A stretch of DNA of 64,000 bases from Mustelus asterias (GCF_964213995.1 NW_027590119.1:248001-312000), one strand, 5' to 3'. Shown: positions 48,188 to 62,009, numbered from the stretch's first letter. Notes: a model not told the origin generated them from the letters alone. Numbers and translations: made by a program.

Positions 48188-49460
48188 GATAGATTTGCAG
48201 AAGGTGAGGATTTACAGGCAGAAATTTCAAATCAAACAACACATCAAGACCTGACAGAGTTATTCATTTGATCAGGACCTGAATATCATTGGCCTTTGAA
48301 TCTAAAAGGAGAAATCTTTTTCTGTTCTGTCTGCTTCAGAATTATTTTTTTAACATAAATGTAACTGAAAAATCACTGAGACACAGATACACCCGAGTGA
48401 GTGTGTTCCAGTGTACTGTGTGGGAAGAGATTTAACCAGTTACACAGCCTGAAAATACATCGCAGCATTTACAGCGGGGAGAGACTGTACCCGTGTTCTG
48501 TGTGAGATTTAACTCATTATTTAACCTGGAGAGTCACAAGGACACCCGCACCAGGGGGAAACTGTGTAAATGTGGGGACTGTGGGAGGCGATTCAGGATC
48601 CCATCACGGCTGGAATCTCATCGACACATTCACACTGGGGAGCGGCCATTCACCTGCTCTGTGTGCGGGAAGGGATTCACTCAGTTATCCAGCCTGCAGA
48701 GTCACAATCTCACTCACACCAATGAGGGATCCTTTAAATGCTCTGACTGTAGGATTGGCTTCAAAACCTCTGGAGAACCAGTGTCCCACCAGGTGTCACA
48801 CTGAGGAGAGACCGTTCAGCTGCTCTCACTGCACAAAGAGGTTTAAAAGCTCATCCAATCTGCAGAGACACCAACGAGTTCACACTGGGGAGAGACCATT
48901 CACCTGTTCTGACTGTGGGAAGGGATTCACTCAGTTCTCCCACCTGCTGAGTCATAATCTCACTCACACCAATGAGAGACCCTTTAAATGTTCTGACTGT
49001 GGGAGCAGATTCAAAAGCTCTGGAGAACTGGTGTCCCACCAGCCAGTTCACACTGGGGAGAGACCATTCACCTGCTCTGTGTGTGGAAAGGGATTCACTC
49101 AGTCATCCAGCCTGCTCAGACACAATCTCGCTCACACCAATCTGAGGCCTTTCAAATGCTCTGACTGTGGAAGTGGCTTCAAAAGCTCTGGAGAGCTGAT
49201 GTCCCACCAGCGCATTCACACTGAGGAGAGACCGTTCAGCTGCTCTCACTGCTCAAAGAGATTTAGAATATCTTCAGCACTGCTGAAACACCAGTGAGTT
49301 CACAGTGGGGAGCTGCTCTCAGTGTGGGAAGGGATTCACTGAGTCATCCAACCCATGGGTACTTCAGTGAGTTCACACTGGGCAGAGGCTGGTCACCTGC
49401 TCTGACTGTGATTCACTCAGTCAGCAAACTTGGTGAAACACCAGTGAGTTCACAAGTGAT
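48188..49460 (+). pseudogene. C2H2 zinc-finger pseudogene (paralog of 85-1611)
   Basis: [17 protein letters not shown] finger type; frameshift ~48795, TGA at 49295; shares downstream sequence with 2401-2480. Confidence 0.87.
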
Positions 49461-49974
49461 TACAGTTCTGGGATTATTCTTGTGAATCTTTCTTGCCCCT
49501 TCTCCAGTGCCTCTATTTCCTTTTTCTAAATGGAGATCACAAATAGAACGTAGAACAGTACAGCACAGGAACAGACCCTTCAGCCCACGATGTTGCGTTA
49601 AACATGATGCCAAATTCAACTAATCCCTTCTGCCTGCTCTTGGTCCATATTCCTCTATTCCTTACAAATTCATGTGCTTATCTAAAAGCCCCTATTGTAT
49701 CTGCCTCCACCACCACTCCTGGCAGTACAGGGAATCCCAGTAACTCTTTCCTCCCCAGCTGTTGCTAAACCTCAGACTCTGCCTGTCATTCTGCTAATTA
49801 ACCCAGAACCCCTTCCACACCATTTGTTAGTGGGTTTCTCCGACAAGGTGGCAATTATACTCCGGAAACCAATGTCACAGTATAAAGGTAAAACTTTATT
49901 AAAAACCAGTGATCAATGGGAGAAATTATATTGATGATCTCAGATACAGAATACCCAGACCGTTCTAATGGAAT

Positions 49975-50975
49975 CATAAGACCATAAGATATAGGAGCAG
50001 AATTAGGCCATTTGGCCCATCGAATCTGCTCTGCCATTCAATCATGGCTGATCTGATTCTTGTCCCCCTTCTTCTGTCTTCTCCCCGTAACCCTTGATCC
50101 AGCGATTAATCAAGAACCTGCGTATCTCTGTCTTAAAGACACTCAATGACCTGGTCTTCACAGCTCTCCTTCCAAAGATTCACCACTCTGGCTGAAGAAA
50201 TTCCTCCTCATCTGTTTTAAAGGATCATCCCTTCACTCTGAGGTTGTGCCCTCGAGTTCTACACTCTCCCACTAGTGGAAACATCCGCTCCACGTCCACT
50301 CTCTCCAGGCCTCTCAGTATTCTGTAAGTTTCAATTAAATCCCCCCCCCTCATCCTTCCAAACTCCAATGAGTACAGACCCAGAGTCCTCAACCGTTCCT
50401 CATACGACAAGCTCTTCATTCCAGGGATCATTCTTGTGAACCTCCTCTGGATCCTTTCTAAGGCCAGCACATCCTTCCTTAGATAAGGGGCCCAAAACTG
50501 CTCACAATACTCCAAATGGAGTCTGACCAGAGCCTTAGACAGCCTCAGAAGTACATCCCTGCTCTTGTATTCTAGCCCTCTCGACATGAATGCTAACATT
50601 GCATTTGCCTTCCAAACTGTCAACTGAACCTGCATGTTAACCTTAAGAGAGTCCTGAACCAGAACTTGCAAGTCCCTTTGTGCTTCTGATTTCCTAAGTA
50701 TTTCCCCAGACCACAATCCCATCAGGGCCTATCCCCATAATATCACTTATTTACCCTGCTCGTTCCGCTGACATGAAGGGACAATTTACTATGGCCAATC
50801 AACCTAACCTGCCAATCTTGGACTGAGGGAAGAAACTGGAGCACCTGGAGGAAACCCACACAGACATGGGGAAAATGTACAAACTCCACACAGACAGTCA
50901 CCCAAGGCCAGAATTGAACCCGAGTCCTTGGCGCTGTGAGGCAGCAGTGCTAACCACTGTGACACCATGCCACCC
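49975..50975 (-). mobile_element. CR1 3' fragment (49975-50705) plus SINE (50710-50975)
   Basis: LEYCEQFWAPYLRKD ORF, (TCTTATGG)n tail; SINE head on minus strand. Confidence 0.85.
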
Positions 50976-53487
50976 TTTATTCTTCAGTGCAGTTCCACCG
51001 TGTACTGTCGGATGTCAGTTCCTTCACAATTTACAAACCACCTCTGCAATCTCACATTCCAATTCCTTCCTTAACCCTCTGTTGGAGTCTCACGCTCATA
51101 AGCCATCTTCACACATGTCCCTCCCTGTTAAACGTTGCCTCTCATTTTATTTTTAACCAGACAGTGTTCTTTTGTCATGCTTGTTGGCATCTCTTTTCCC
51201 TCTCCAACAAATCATTGTTTTACATTTGTGGAAGGTTTATCAGGTCTTTTAGGATTGTGCTATGTTTTTTACCAATCAGTTTCATCATCCTAGATTCCAC
51301 TTTCTTACAAAGGAAGCACCATTAAATAATTCTGGAAGAATCTTCAGAAGAAAGTCAAAAGTCAGAGTCAAAGGGGTTCTTCATCTCAATGTCTTTGCTT
51401 ATTTCCCCCTGTACAGTCCCAATGTCTCAGATGATGGCCAGATTATCAAATTCAGTTATCTCAAATAGTTCATAGACAAAGAAACAAATATCTCCAAGAG
51501 AAAACTGTCACCTCATTCATCTCATCTGGACTTCCCTTTCACTCAAATCTTCATAAACACCCAAATATATGGATTGCTTTAAACTACACTTTCAGGAGTT
51601 CTGGAGAATCTTTGGAGTCAAATAAATCATTAAGTATTCTCATAACATATTTTAACAGAAACCGAACATTTCTGTTTGATTCCAGGCATTATCAATTTTG
51701 TTCTTTCCCTTAAACACCAGGTAATTTCCATTTTAAATGCTTGAAATAGCAACCCATGTCAGATATTTATCAATTCTAATCTCAAAAGCAGGCTTGTTGG
51801 CTTTCTGAAAGGTAAAGTCTTTGATTCTTTGCTTTAATTCTCAAAACTGCGGCCTTCACTCGGATTGTTTGTGAGTGAAACCGTCATCACCTGTTTAAAA
51901 AAAAAATCCATCTGGCTCTGGCCAAGATCCCAGTGAGTTAATATGTCCAATCACAGGTTACATTGAAAAACAAAGGCTGTTTGGAGATTTATAAAAATCA
52001 ACTGTCTGCTGAAAGGGTTAACTTCTCTGTGGAACCGAGAGAGGCGGGGAGTGGGCAGAGGAAACTTGGCAACTGCATCAACTTACATAATTTAAAAAAC
52101 TTCTCTTGTGTTATTTTCTTCAATTTTGCTCAAATTTCATCTCTTTTGTCTGTCTTTTTTGTAAATGCCAATTTCCAATATTTGCTACTTAATCAAAGTT
52201 GAAAGAAATACTTTGTGAAATGTGTTGTTAACCAAATCTCAACAATTTTAACTCAGATGTTTTGGAAAGTTGGAACTGGTTTGCTGCCAAACTGCAGCCT
52301 TATCTTTGTGTTTTGGGAGCAAATTGGCCTTCACAATTCTAACCTTGAACAACTTAATTTCTTTCACATTTTAGTACAGTCTGAATTTATTTCAAACAGA
52401 AACACACGGCAGTTCAAATTAAATTAATTTTTATTCCCTTTCCAAACTAATTCTTCGAATCTATGATACTTGCAAAAAACACGCTGCTTTAAGAATTCCT
52501 TCAACTGGGCAAACCAACTTGGAGTAAGGGTTGTGGATCATGATGGTGCAGAAGTCATGGCTAACCTCATACACCGGTATTTCCTTATCACACAGGAGAG
52601 GCAGAGGAGAGGGGGGAGTGCTTTCAGTGGCCTTGGTTTTGGAGAAAACAACTACATCTGCTCGCTGGTGACTGATTTGTGTCTCAGGTTGTTTGATTTT
52701 AGCTAAACACAGGCAGTGGTCTGCTTCAGGGGAGGTGTCACTTTGTGGCTGAATTCACTTCCTCAATGTCCCCATGGCATTTTCTAACTCTTCACTTGAT
52801 CTGATATTTTCTGACTGTAAATTGATATCTTGTTCCAGAGTTTGGCCGAACAGCAGTAGATTTTTCTGAGCTCCACTCACCCTATCATCTGCCCCCTGTT
52901 CCCAATGTAACTGATTGTCCAGGTCAGACGTGCTCTCCTGCCAGCAATCAGCTCCATTCTGCAGCTTATCCACCAGTTCCCTCAACTCTTTATATTTTGT
53001 ACTCAGCTGTGAGGCAACAGGTTTCCAATGTAACTGGAAATTAATTTATTCTGGACGTTTTCAACTCGCTATTTCCTTTCTGAATCTCTTTAGAAAACCT
53101 ATCAAGGACCCGCTCGTAATCTCCGTCACATTCTTCTACACCTCCCAGGGTATCTTTTGCTTCTGATGCCCTTGACTCCGTTGTCAAACTGTCAGTCACA
53201 TTGTAGCAGATGCCAAAGCCATTGTTGTATTTGTTTTTTTGAGGTAGCAGTGCTAACCACTGTGCCACTGGATGGACTGCTGGCCCAGTGGAGAGAAACA
53301 TAGAAACTAGAAGCAGGAGTAGGCCATTCGGCCCTTTGAGCCTGCTCCACCATTCATCTTGGTCATGGCTGATCATCGAATTCAATTTCCTGATTCCCAC
53401 TTTCCTTCCATATCCCTTGATCCCTTTAGTCCCAAGAGCTATATTTCATATCTTCTTGAAATCAGACAATGTTTTGGCCTCAACTAT

Positions 53488-53850
53488 AGGGTGGCATGGT
53501 GGCACAGTGGTCAGCGCAGCTGCCTCACAGCGCCAGGGACCCGGGCTTAATTCCAGCCTTGGGTGAGTGTCCATGTGGACTTTCCATGTTCTCCCCATGT
53601 TTGCGTGGGTTTCCTCGGGGTGCTCCAGTTTCCTCCAACAGACCAAAGATGTGCGGGTTAGGTGGATTTGCAATGCTAATTTCCCTCTTAGTGTCCCAAG
53701 ATGTGCAGATTAGATGGGTTAGCCATGGTAACTGTGTAAGTTACAGGGATAGGATGGGGGAGAGGGCCTGGGTAAGGTGCTCTGTTAGAGACTCGGTGCA
53801 GACTTGATGGGCCGAATGGTCCCTTCTGCACTGGAGGGATTCTATGATTC
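53488..53850 (+). mobile_element. HE1/V-SINE-like element
   Basis: GGGTGGCATGGTGGCACAGTGG..CCTCACAGCGCCAGGGACCCGGG head, CR1-like tail. Confidence 0.85.
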
Positions 53851-54449
53851 AATGAACACAGGAATGGTCAGAATTATTTCACATGTCCCAAATTTTAAAT
53901 AACCATTACAATTAAAACTATCTCATACTCACATGTGTGAGTTTGAATCCGGATTAAAATTCCCACAAGTTTAGCAAAGTATCCTGGAATCATGTCTCTG
54001 GCCAGTGAATGTGGCTCTAGGTTCACAACTTTTGTGAAAAAAAGCTTTATTAATTCCACGTCCTTTATTTAAATCTGTTTGATTTAAATCACAGACAGAA
54101 AACCTGAAAGCTTGAAGCATTCAACCCACAAATATCATCCACACACAAACAGAGAAACATAGCATGTGCTTTACAACAATAACTGAAATTAATTCCTTAA
54201 GCGTTCTTGTGGTTCTGTTTCTAAACTTCCAGAAATGCCTTTAATTAAAGACTCAAGATAAGGTTAATTCCCCAGAAAGATAAACCTTAACAAATGTAGC
54301 CCAAAACAATGATAAAACACATCTGCAAACATCCACATAAAACAAATGAAACACACAGATTCTCACAGCTCGTAAATTTCAAATGAATCCTCAGCATTCT
54401 CTCTCGCAGCTATAGCTTCTTAAAGTGACAGAGCACCACAAAAGTTTCA

Positions 54450-55425
54450 CAATATACATTAATGATTTGGAGGAAGGAACTGAAGGCACTGTTGCTAAGT
54501 TTGCAGATGATACAAAGATATGTAGAGGGACAGTTAGTATTGAGGGAGCAGGGGGGCTGCAGAAGGACTTTGATGGGCTCGGAGAGTGGGCAAAGTGGCG
54601 GATGGAATACAATGTGGAAAAGTGTGAGATTATGCACTTGGGTAGGAGGAATGGAGGCGTAGACTATTTTCTAAATGGTGAAATGCTTTGGACATCAGAA
54701 GCACAAAGGGACTTGGGAGTCATTATTCAAGATTCTCTTAAGGCTGATGTGCAGGTTTAGTTGGCAGTTAGGAAGGCAAATGCAATGTTATCATTCATGT
54801 CAAGAGGGCGAGAATACAACAGCAGGGATGTACTCCTGAGACAGTATAAGGCTCTGGTCAGACACATTTGGAGTATTTGGAGCAGTTTTGGGCCGCACAT
54901 CTAAGGAAGGATATTCTGGTCTTAGAAAGGGTCCGGAGAAGATTCACAAGAATGATCCCTGGAATGAAGAGCTCGTCGTATGAGGAACGGTTGAGGGCTC
55001 TGGGCCTGTACTCATTGGAGTTTAGAAGGATGTGGGGGTACCTTATTAAAACTTACAGGATACTGCGAGGCCTGGATAGAGTGGACGTGGAGAGGATGTT
55101 TCCACTGGTAGGAAAAACTAGAACCAGAGGGCACAACCTCAGGCTAAATGGATGATCCTTTAAAACAGAGATGAGGTGGAATTTCTTCAGCCAGAGAGTG
55201 GTGAATCTGTGGAACTCTTTGCCGCAGAAGGCTGTGGAGGCCAGGTCATTGAGTGTCTTTAAGACCGAGATAGATAGGTTCTTGATTAATAAGGGGATCA
55301 TGGGTTATGGGAAAAAGGCAGGAGAATGGGGATGAGAAAAATATCAGCCATGATTGAATAGCGGAGAAGAATCGATGGGCCGAGTGGCTTAATTCTGCTC
55401 CTATGTCTTATGGTCTTATGGTCTA
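54450..55425 (+). mobile_element. 5'-truncated CR1 LINE
   Basis: IYINDL, FADDTK, GLYSLEFRR motifs; (TCTTATGG)n tail. Confidence 0.9.
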
Positions 55426-56892
55426 AGCTAACAAGTCCTTGATTAAAATAAGATACAAGATCCTTCATTCCTCTTCATTATAAGTTAATCTTTTTTAAGC
55501 TAACTTCCAAAGCCTGATTTATAGGCAACATCTCGTCTTTGTTGATTTAAAATCCTCAACACGTTACCACCTGCAAAATGTTTGTTCTTTATCTGGGGTT
55601 GAGATGACAACATGATAAAATCCTCACAGTTCTTCCAAATTCCTCCAGGCCATGCTTAAAATTTCCACGTTTCACTGGTTCCCATAAATCCTCAATCAAA
55701 AACTAAAATAGACACATGAGTTTCCAGGTGATTTAAAAACAAATGAACTGTCTGCTGAAAGGGTTAACTTTTCTACAGAACCTAAAGGGGTCGGGAGTGA
55801 GCAGAAAAAACTTGGCCCACAATTACATCACTTCACATATGATGGGGGTTTTTCTCAGAGGCTCAGTATTGAGCTGAACCCAGTTAATACAAAGATTTGC
55901 AAAAGACAGTATACTGGTTAAAGACATTATTTATTGACCAACACGCACTGGGAGAAAGGCAGCTGGGAGTCCAACTCCTTTCTAAAGTTACAATACATTG
56001 GCCGTGTAGTTATACTATTTTGAAAGTTCATTTCACCCACCCACTCTGTCATCCCAACTGGATGCTCCAATCATGTTCATGCACAATATTTACCTTGGCC
56101 AATAACATCCTATCTTCTGGCAGAATGGGAATTCATTGGTCTGTCGAATCTGACAGTTCATGCCCACTGTTACTTTGCAACTTTCACTTACGTCGGTCTA
56201 TAGGGTTCAAAGGTTGCTTTCTAACTGACTCTCAGCAACTTCTATTACATAGGTTATAGGGTTCAAACGTTCCTTTCCACTGTCTGCTGAGCCATCCCTT
56301 ATCAGTAAAAAATGAATAATTCTATTCATTCTAGTTTCTGGGAAGCGTTTACTTTTATAACTCATACTGAACTCATTGTTCCACAGGAGCAGGCTGAGGG
56401 TAAGGGAGCTTGTTTGTGCACTAATTTATTTATTTATTTTTCAGTTAAATTTGTGAAAAAAATCGGAGGTTTTTTTCAAAACAGGAAATAGGCCCAGCAG
56501 CAGCCTGGGAAGGTTTTGGAGGGTTTAAAAGTGCTTACCTTGGAGGTTTCAGCCTCATTGTTCCACAGGAGCAGGCTGAGGGTAAGGGAGCTTGTTTGTG
56601 CACTAATTTATTTATTTATTTTTCAGTTAAATTTGTGAAAAAAATCGGAGGTTTTTTTCAAAACAGGAAATAGGCCCAGCAGCAGCCTGGGAAGGTTTTG
56701 GAGGGTTTAAAAGTAGGCCGCACCTTTGAGCGGGCAGCGTCGTTAGCGGGCAGTGGAGTGAGCAGGGGACAGAGTGAGAGCTGAAGGGCTTTGGCTCAAA
56801 ACGGGCTTTGGCGAGAACAGGCAGAGGCGAGAGGAGGTTATTTTTTCTTTTTCAGAAAGTTTGTTCCTGTATTTCCCCAGAGTAAAAAAAAT

Positions 56893-57834
56893 ATGCCAGG
56901 CAAGATGTTGGAATGCTCCTCTTGCAGGATGTGGGAGATCAGGGAGACCTCCGGTATCCCTGACGACAGCACCTGCAAAAGATGTAGTCAGCTGCAGCTG
57001 CTAGCAAAGCGTGTTAGGGAACTGGAGCAGGAGCTTGATGACCTCCATCTAATTCGAGAGAATGAGACGTATATAGACAATAGATATAGGGAGATAGTTA
57101 CACCTAAACAGCAGAGCACAGGAAATTGGGTTACTGTAAGGAGAGGAAATGGCAGTGTGAAAGGACAGGCAGAGCAGGGTTCCCCTGTGGACATACCCCT
57201 CCACAACAGGTATACTGAATTGGATACTGTTGTGGCAGATGCTTTACCTGGGACAAGCTGCGACAGCCGGAACTCTGATACTGAGTCTGGTGCTACAGCG
57301 CAAAAGGGTGGGATGAAGAAGAGGAGAGCAGTAGTGATAGGGGACTCGATGGTCAGAGGTACAGACCGGAGGTTCTGTGGTCGGGACAGAGACTCCCGCA
57401 TGGTTTGTTGCCTCCCAGGTGCCAAGGTCAGCGATGTCTCTGATCGCGTGCACAGCGTTCTAAAGAGGGAAGGTGATCAGCCAGATGTCCTGGTACATGT
57501 CAGTACCAATGACGTGGGAAGGAAGAGTGAGGAAGTCCTAAAGAGTGAGTACAAAGAGCTTGGAAGGAAGTTAAAAAGCAGGACCCCGAGGGTAGTAATC
57601 TCAGGATTGCTACCTGAGCCACATGCCAGTGAGGGCAGGAGTAGGATGCTTGGGTGGATAAACACGTGGCTGAGGAACTGGTGCAGGGGGCAGGGTTTCC
57701 AATTCTTGGATCATTGGGACCTCTTCTGGGGTAGGTGGGACCTGTACAAGAGAGACGGGTTACACCTAAACTACAAGGGGACCAATATACTTGCAGGGAG
57801 ATTTGCTAGTGTTATTGGGGAGCGTTTAAACTAG
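56893..57834 (+). CDS. CR1 ORF1p (CxxC-CxxC/zipper + SGNH esterase-like)
   Basis: CSSC..CKRC, GDSMVR, STND, DGLHLN; open frame. Confidence 0.92.
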   Translation: MPGKMLECSSCRMWEIRETSGIPDDSTCKRCSQLQLLAKRVRELEQELDDLHLIRENETYIDNRYREIVTPKQQSTGNWVTVRRGNGSVKGQAEQGSPVDIPLHNRYTELDTVVADALPGTSCDSRNSDTESGATAQKGGMKKRRAVVIGDSMVRGTDRRFCGRDRDSRMVCCLPGAKVSDVSDRVHSVLKREGDQPDVLVHVSTNDVGRKSEEVLKSEYKELGRKLKSRTPRVVISGLLPEPHASEGRSRMLGWINTWLRNWCRGQGFQFLDHWDLFWGRWDLYKRDGLHLNYKGTNILAGRFASVIGERLN

Positions 57835-60763
57835 ATTTGCAGGGGGGTGGGAACCAGAGTGCCAGAGCAGATAGTGGAGCAGGGGTAAAAAGACAGGTTA
57901 GTTCAAGCAAAATCACAAATGGAAGGGTAGAGTGTGGTGGAAATAATTTTTTGAGGTGTGTCTATTTCAATGCCAGGAGTATTGTGGGGAAGGCAGATGA
58001 GCTGAAGGCGTGGATAGACACATGGAAATATGACATTATAGCCATTAGTGAAACTTGGCTACAGGAGGGGCAGGACTGGCAGCTCAATGTTCCAGGGTTC
58101 CAATGTTTCAGGCGGGATAGAGGCAGAGGGATAAAAGGTGGGGGGGGGGGGTGGCATTGTTGGTCAGGGGAAATGTTACAGCGGTACTCAGACAGGATAG
58201 ATTAGGGAGCTTGTCTACAGAGGCCCTATGGGTGGAGCTGAGAAACAAGAAAGGTATGACCACATTAATGGGCTTGTATTATAGACCACCCAATAGTCAG
58301 CGAGAATTGGAGGAGCAAATCAGCGGAGAGATAGCTGACAACTGCAAGAAACACAAAGTTGTGATCGTAGGGGATTTTAATTTTCCACATATAGATTGGG
58401 ACTCGCATACTGTTAAAGGTTTAGACGGGGTAGAGTTTGTAAAATGTGTTCAGGAGAATTTTCTACATCAGTATATAGAGGTGCCATCTAGAGAGGATGC
58501 GATATTGGATCTCCTATTGGGAAATGAGTTAGGGCAGGTGATGGATGTGAGTGTGAGGGAACACTTTGGATCCAGTGATCATAATGCCATTAGTTTCAAC
58601 CTGATCGTGGCTAAGGATAGATCTGGTCCTCGGGTTGAAGTTCTGAACTGGAAAAAGGCCAAATTTGATGAAATGAGAAGGGATCTGGGAAGTGTGGATT
58701 GGCACAGGCTGTTCTCTGGTAAGGATGTAAATGGAAAGTGGGAGGCCTTCAAAGGAGAAATTTTGAGAGTGCAGAGTTTGTATGTTCCTGTCAGGATTAA
58801 AGGCAAAGTAAATCGGAATAAGGAACCTTGGTTCTCGAGGGAGATTGTAACACTGATTAAGAGGAAGAGAGAGTTGTATGAAATGTACAGGCAGCAAGGA
58901 ACACATCAGATGCTCGAGGAGTCTAAAAAGTGCAAGAAGCTACTTAAGAGGGATATCAGGAGGGCTAAAAGAAGACATGAGGTTGCTTTGGCAGACAGAG
59001 TGAAGGAAAATCCAAAGAGCTTCTATAGGTATGTTAGGAGCAAAAGGATAGTGAGGGATTAAATTGGTCCTCTTGAAGACCAGAGTGGTACACTGTGTAT
59101 GGAACCAAAAGAGATGGGGGAGATACTAAATGGTTTTTTTGCATCCGTATTTACTGAGGAAACGGGCATGGAGTCTACGGAAATAGGGCAAACTGGTAGG
59201 GAGGCCATGGAACCTTTACAGATTAAAGGGGAGGAGGTGCTCGCTGTCTTGAGGCAAATCAGAGTGGATAAATCCCCAGGACCGGACAGGGTATTCCCAC
59301 GGACCTTGAGGGAAGCTAGTGTTGAACTTGCAGGGACCCTGGCAGACATATTTAAAATGTCAGTATTCACGGGGAAGGTGCCGGATGATTGGAGGGTGGC
59401 TCATGTTGTTCCGTTGTTTAAAAAAGGTTCCAAAAGAAATCCGGGAAATTATCGGCCAGTAAGTTTGACGTCGGTGGTGGGCAAGTTATTGGAAGGTGTG
59501 ATAAGGGATAGGATCTACAAATATTTGGATAGACAGGGACCTATTAGGGAGAGTCAACATGGCTTTGTGCGTGGTAGGTCATGTTTGACCAATCTATTAG
59601 AGTTTTTCGAGGAGGTTACCAGGAAAGTGGATGAAGGGAAGGCGGTGGATGTTGTCTACCTGGATTTCAGCAAGGCCTTTGACAAGGTCCCTCATGGGAG
59701 GTTAGTTAGGAAGGTTCAGTCGCTAGGTATACATGGGGAGGTAGTAAATTGGATAAGACACTGGCTCAATGGAAGAAGCCAGAGAGTGGTTGTGGAGGAT
59801 TGCTTCTCTGAGTGGAGGCCTGTGACTAGTGGTGTGCCGCAGGGATCGGTGTTGGGTCCATTGTTGTTTGTCATCTATATCAATGATCTGGATGATAATG
59901 TGGTAAATTGGATCAGCAAGTTTGCTGATGATACAAAGATTGGAGGTGTAGTGGACAGTGAGGAAGGTTTTCAAAGCTTGCAGAGGGATTTGGACCAACT
60001 AGAAAAATGGGCTGAAAAATGGCAAATGGAATTTAACGCAGACAAGTGTGAGATATTGCACTTTGGAAGGACAAACCAAAGAAGAACGTACTCGGTAAAT
60101 GGTAGGACTCTGAAGAGTGCAGTTGAACAGAGGGATCTGGGAATACAGGTACAGAATTCCCTAAAAGTGACGTCACAGGTGGATAGGGTCGTAAAGAGTG
60201 CCTTTGGTACATTGGCCTTTATAAATCGGAGTATCGAGTATAAAAGTTGGAGTGTTATGGTAAGGTTATATAAGGCATTGGTGAGGCCGAATTTGGAGTA
60301 TTGTGTACAGTTTTGGTCACCTAGTTACAGGAAGGATGTAAATAAGATTGAAAGAGTGCAGAGAAGGTTCACAAGGATGTTGCCGGGACTTGAGAAGCTG
60401 AGTTACAGAGAGAGATTGAATAGGTTGGGACTTTATTCCCTGGAGCGTAGAAGATTGAGGGGAGATTTGATAGAGGTGTATAAGATTTTGATGGGTATAG
60501 ATAGAGTGAATTCAAGCAGGCTTTTTCCGCTGAGGCTAGGGGAGAAAAAAACCAGAGGGCATGGGCATGGGTTAAGGGTGAAAGGAGAAAAGTTTAAAGG
60601 GAATATTGGGGGGGGGGGGGCTTCTTCACGCAGAGAGTGGTGGGAGTGTGGAATGAGCTGCCGGATAAATGGTAAACTTTTAACATTTAAGAAAAACTTG
60701 GACGGATTCATGGATGAGAGGGGTGTGGAGGGATATGGTCCAAGTGCAGGTCAGTGGGACTAG
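57825..60763 (+). pseudogene. CR1 ORF2 (APE + RT); breaks at G-runs ~58145 and ~60615 and a TAA at 59060
   Basis: [33 protein letters not shown]. Confidence 0.92.
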
Positions 60764-62009
60764 GCATAAAATGGTTCGGCACAGACAAGAAGGACCAAAA
60801 GGCCTGTTTCTGAGCTGTAATTTTCTATGGTTCTATGGTTCTATGATACAAACTGTGCTCTGTGGCTTCACTGTTCTGACAGAATGTGGCCTGTCTCACT
60901 CAGCTTTTATCCCATTATGCTTTAGGGCAGTCTGCAGTTTGGCCAAGGTATACATTTTTGTACAAAAAGTACATATTTAAATCTGAAATACATATTTAAA
61001 TTCTCTACCAGTGGTTATATGTGTCTCTATGCAGACAGTACCTTTGTATAATATAAATAAGGCACGTTGTAGTCCTTATTCTACGTTAGTCTAAGTCAGC
61101 CCACCCTGTTTCAATAGCCTTTATTAGTTTTTAATCTCAAGGTATTCTGAACTCTTCTAACAAAATAACTTTAAAAAACTTAAAGTTTATAATTAGCCTC
61201 AAGTAAGCTTACATTGACACTGCAATGAAGTTACTGTGAAAAATCCCCTCTCTAACAACAAAAGAAACTTGATTTTAAACTTCATCTATTAATGTTTTTG
61301 TTATATTCCTCAACCTATTTTAATTTGATCAGTTTTTGTGAGGGATGGGTAATTTCTATTCTTTATAAACTGGTTCACTCATTTTGTTAATTCTACATGG
61401 GCTCAGAGAATCAGAACACAGACTCTATCATCCATTTCCTTTTTCTCCTTTTGCCACCACTCTCTCTGTTTTGCGGGAGGGTCGTGGGGATTCCAATCAG
61501 ACCAAATCATTGATTATAAAAGTAAAACAAAAACAGAAAGTGCTGGAAAATCCCAGCAGATCTGACAGCATCTGTAGGGGGAGAATAGAGCCAACGTTTC
61601 AAGTCTGGATTATCCTTCATGAGAGCTCCTATGAAGTGTCACCCAGACTCAAAATGTTGGCTCTATCATTTTATCGATAGGTTTCTTGTTCTTAGTTTCC
61701 AAAAGACAGGCAAGAAATTTGTCTGGTGCTCACTCGAGCTCTGATTTGTCACTGGCCATGCTTGGGTTGGACTATAAGCATTAGAATCCACTCTTAGAGG
61801 TCCACTTTTCAGTCCAGTGCTACTTGGTGTACTGTCACTTCACCGACTACCGGGTCACAAGACCTTCACAGTTCTTATCACAAATCTATGATAAAATAAT
61901 TTAAGCAATGCCTGAGAACGCTTCTTAATCTACTTACCACCGTTTGTTGATTGATCAGACCCCCTTTTTACAGATTTGGATATCTCAGCCGCTGAATACC
62001 AGCTGGTTA

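Larger units (their letters stand above)
56372..60845 (+). mobile_element. Near full-length CR1 LINE with a tandemly duplicated 5' UTR
   Basis: 5' unit at 56372 and 56554, ORF1, ORF2, (TTCTATGG)n tail. Confidence 0.97.

Noticed and set aside
53488-53560. SINE heads as tRNA genes (also ~25950, 42050, 62270)
   Set aside because: A/B boxes continue into SINE core and CR1-like tail; no complete cloverleaf
58140-58152. G-run frameshifts in CR1 ORF2 as programmed recoding
   Set aside because: Not conserved in the other element; more likely slippage mutation or sequencing error
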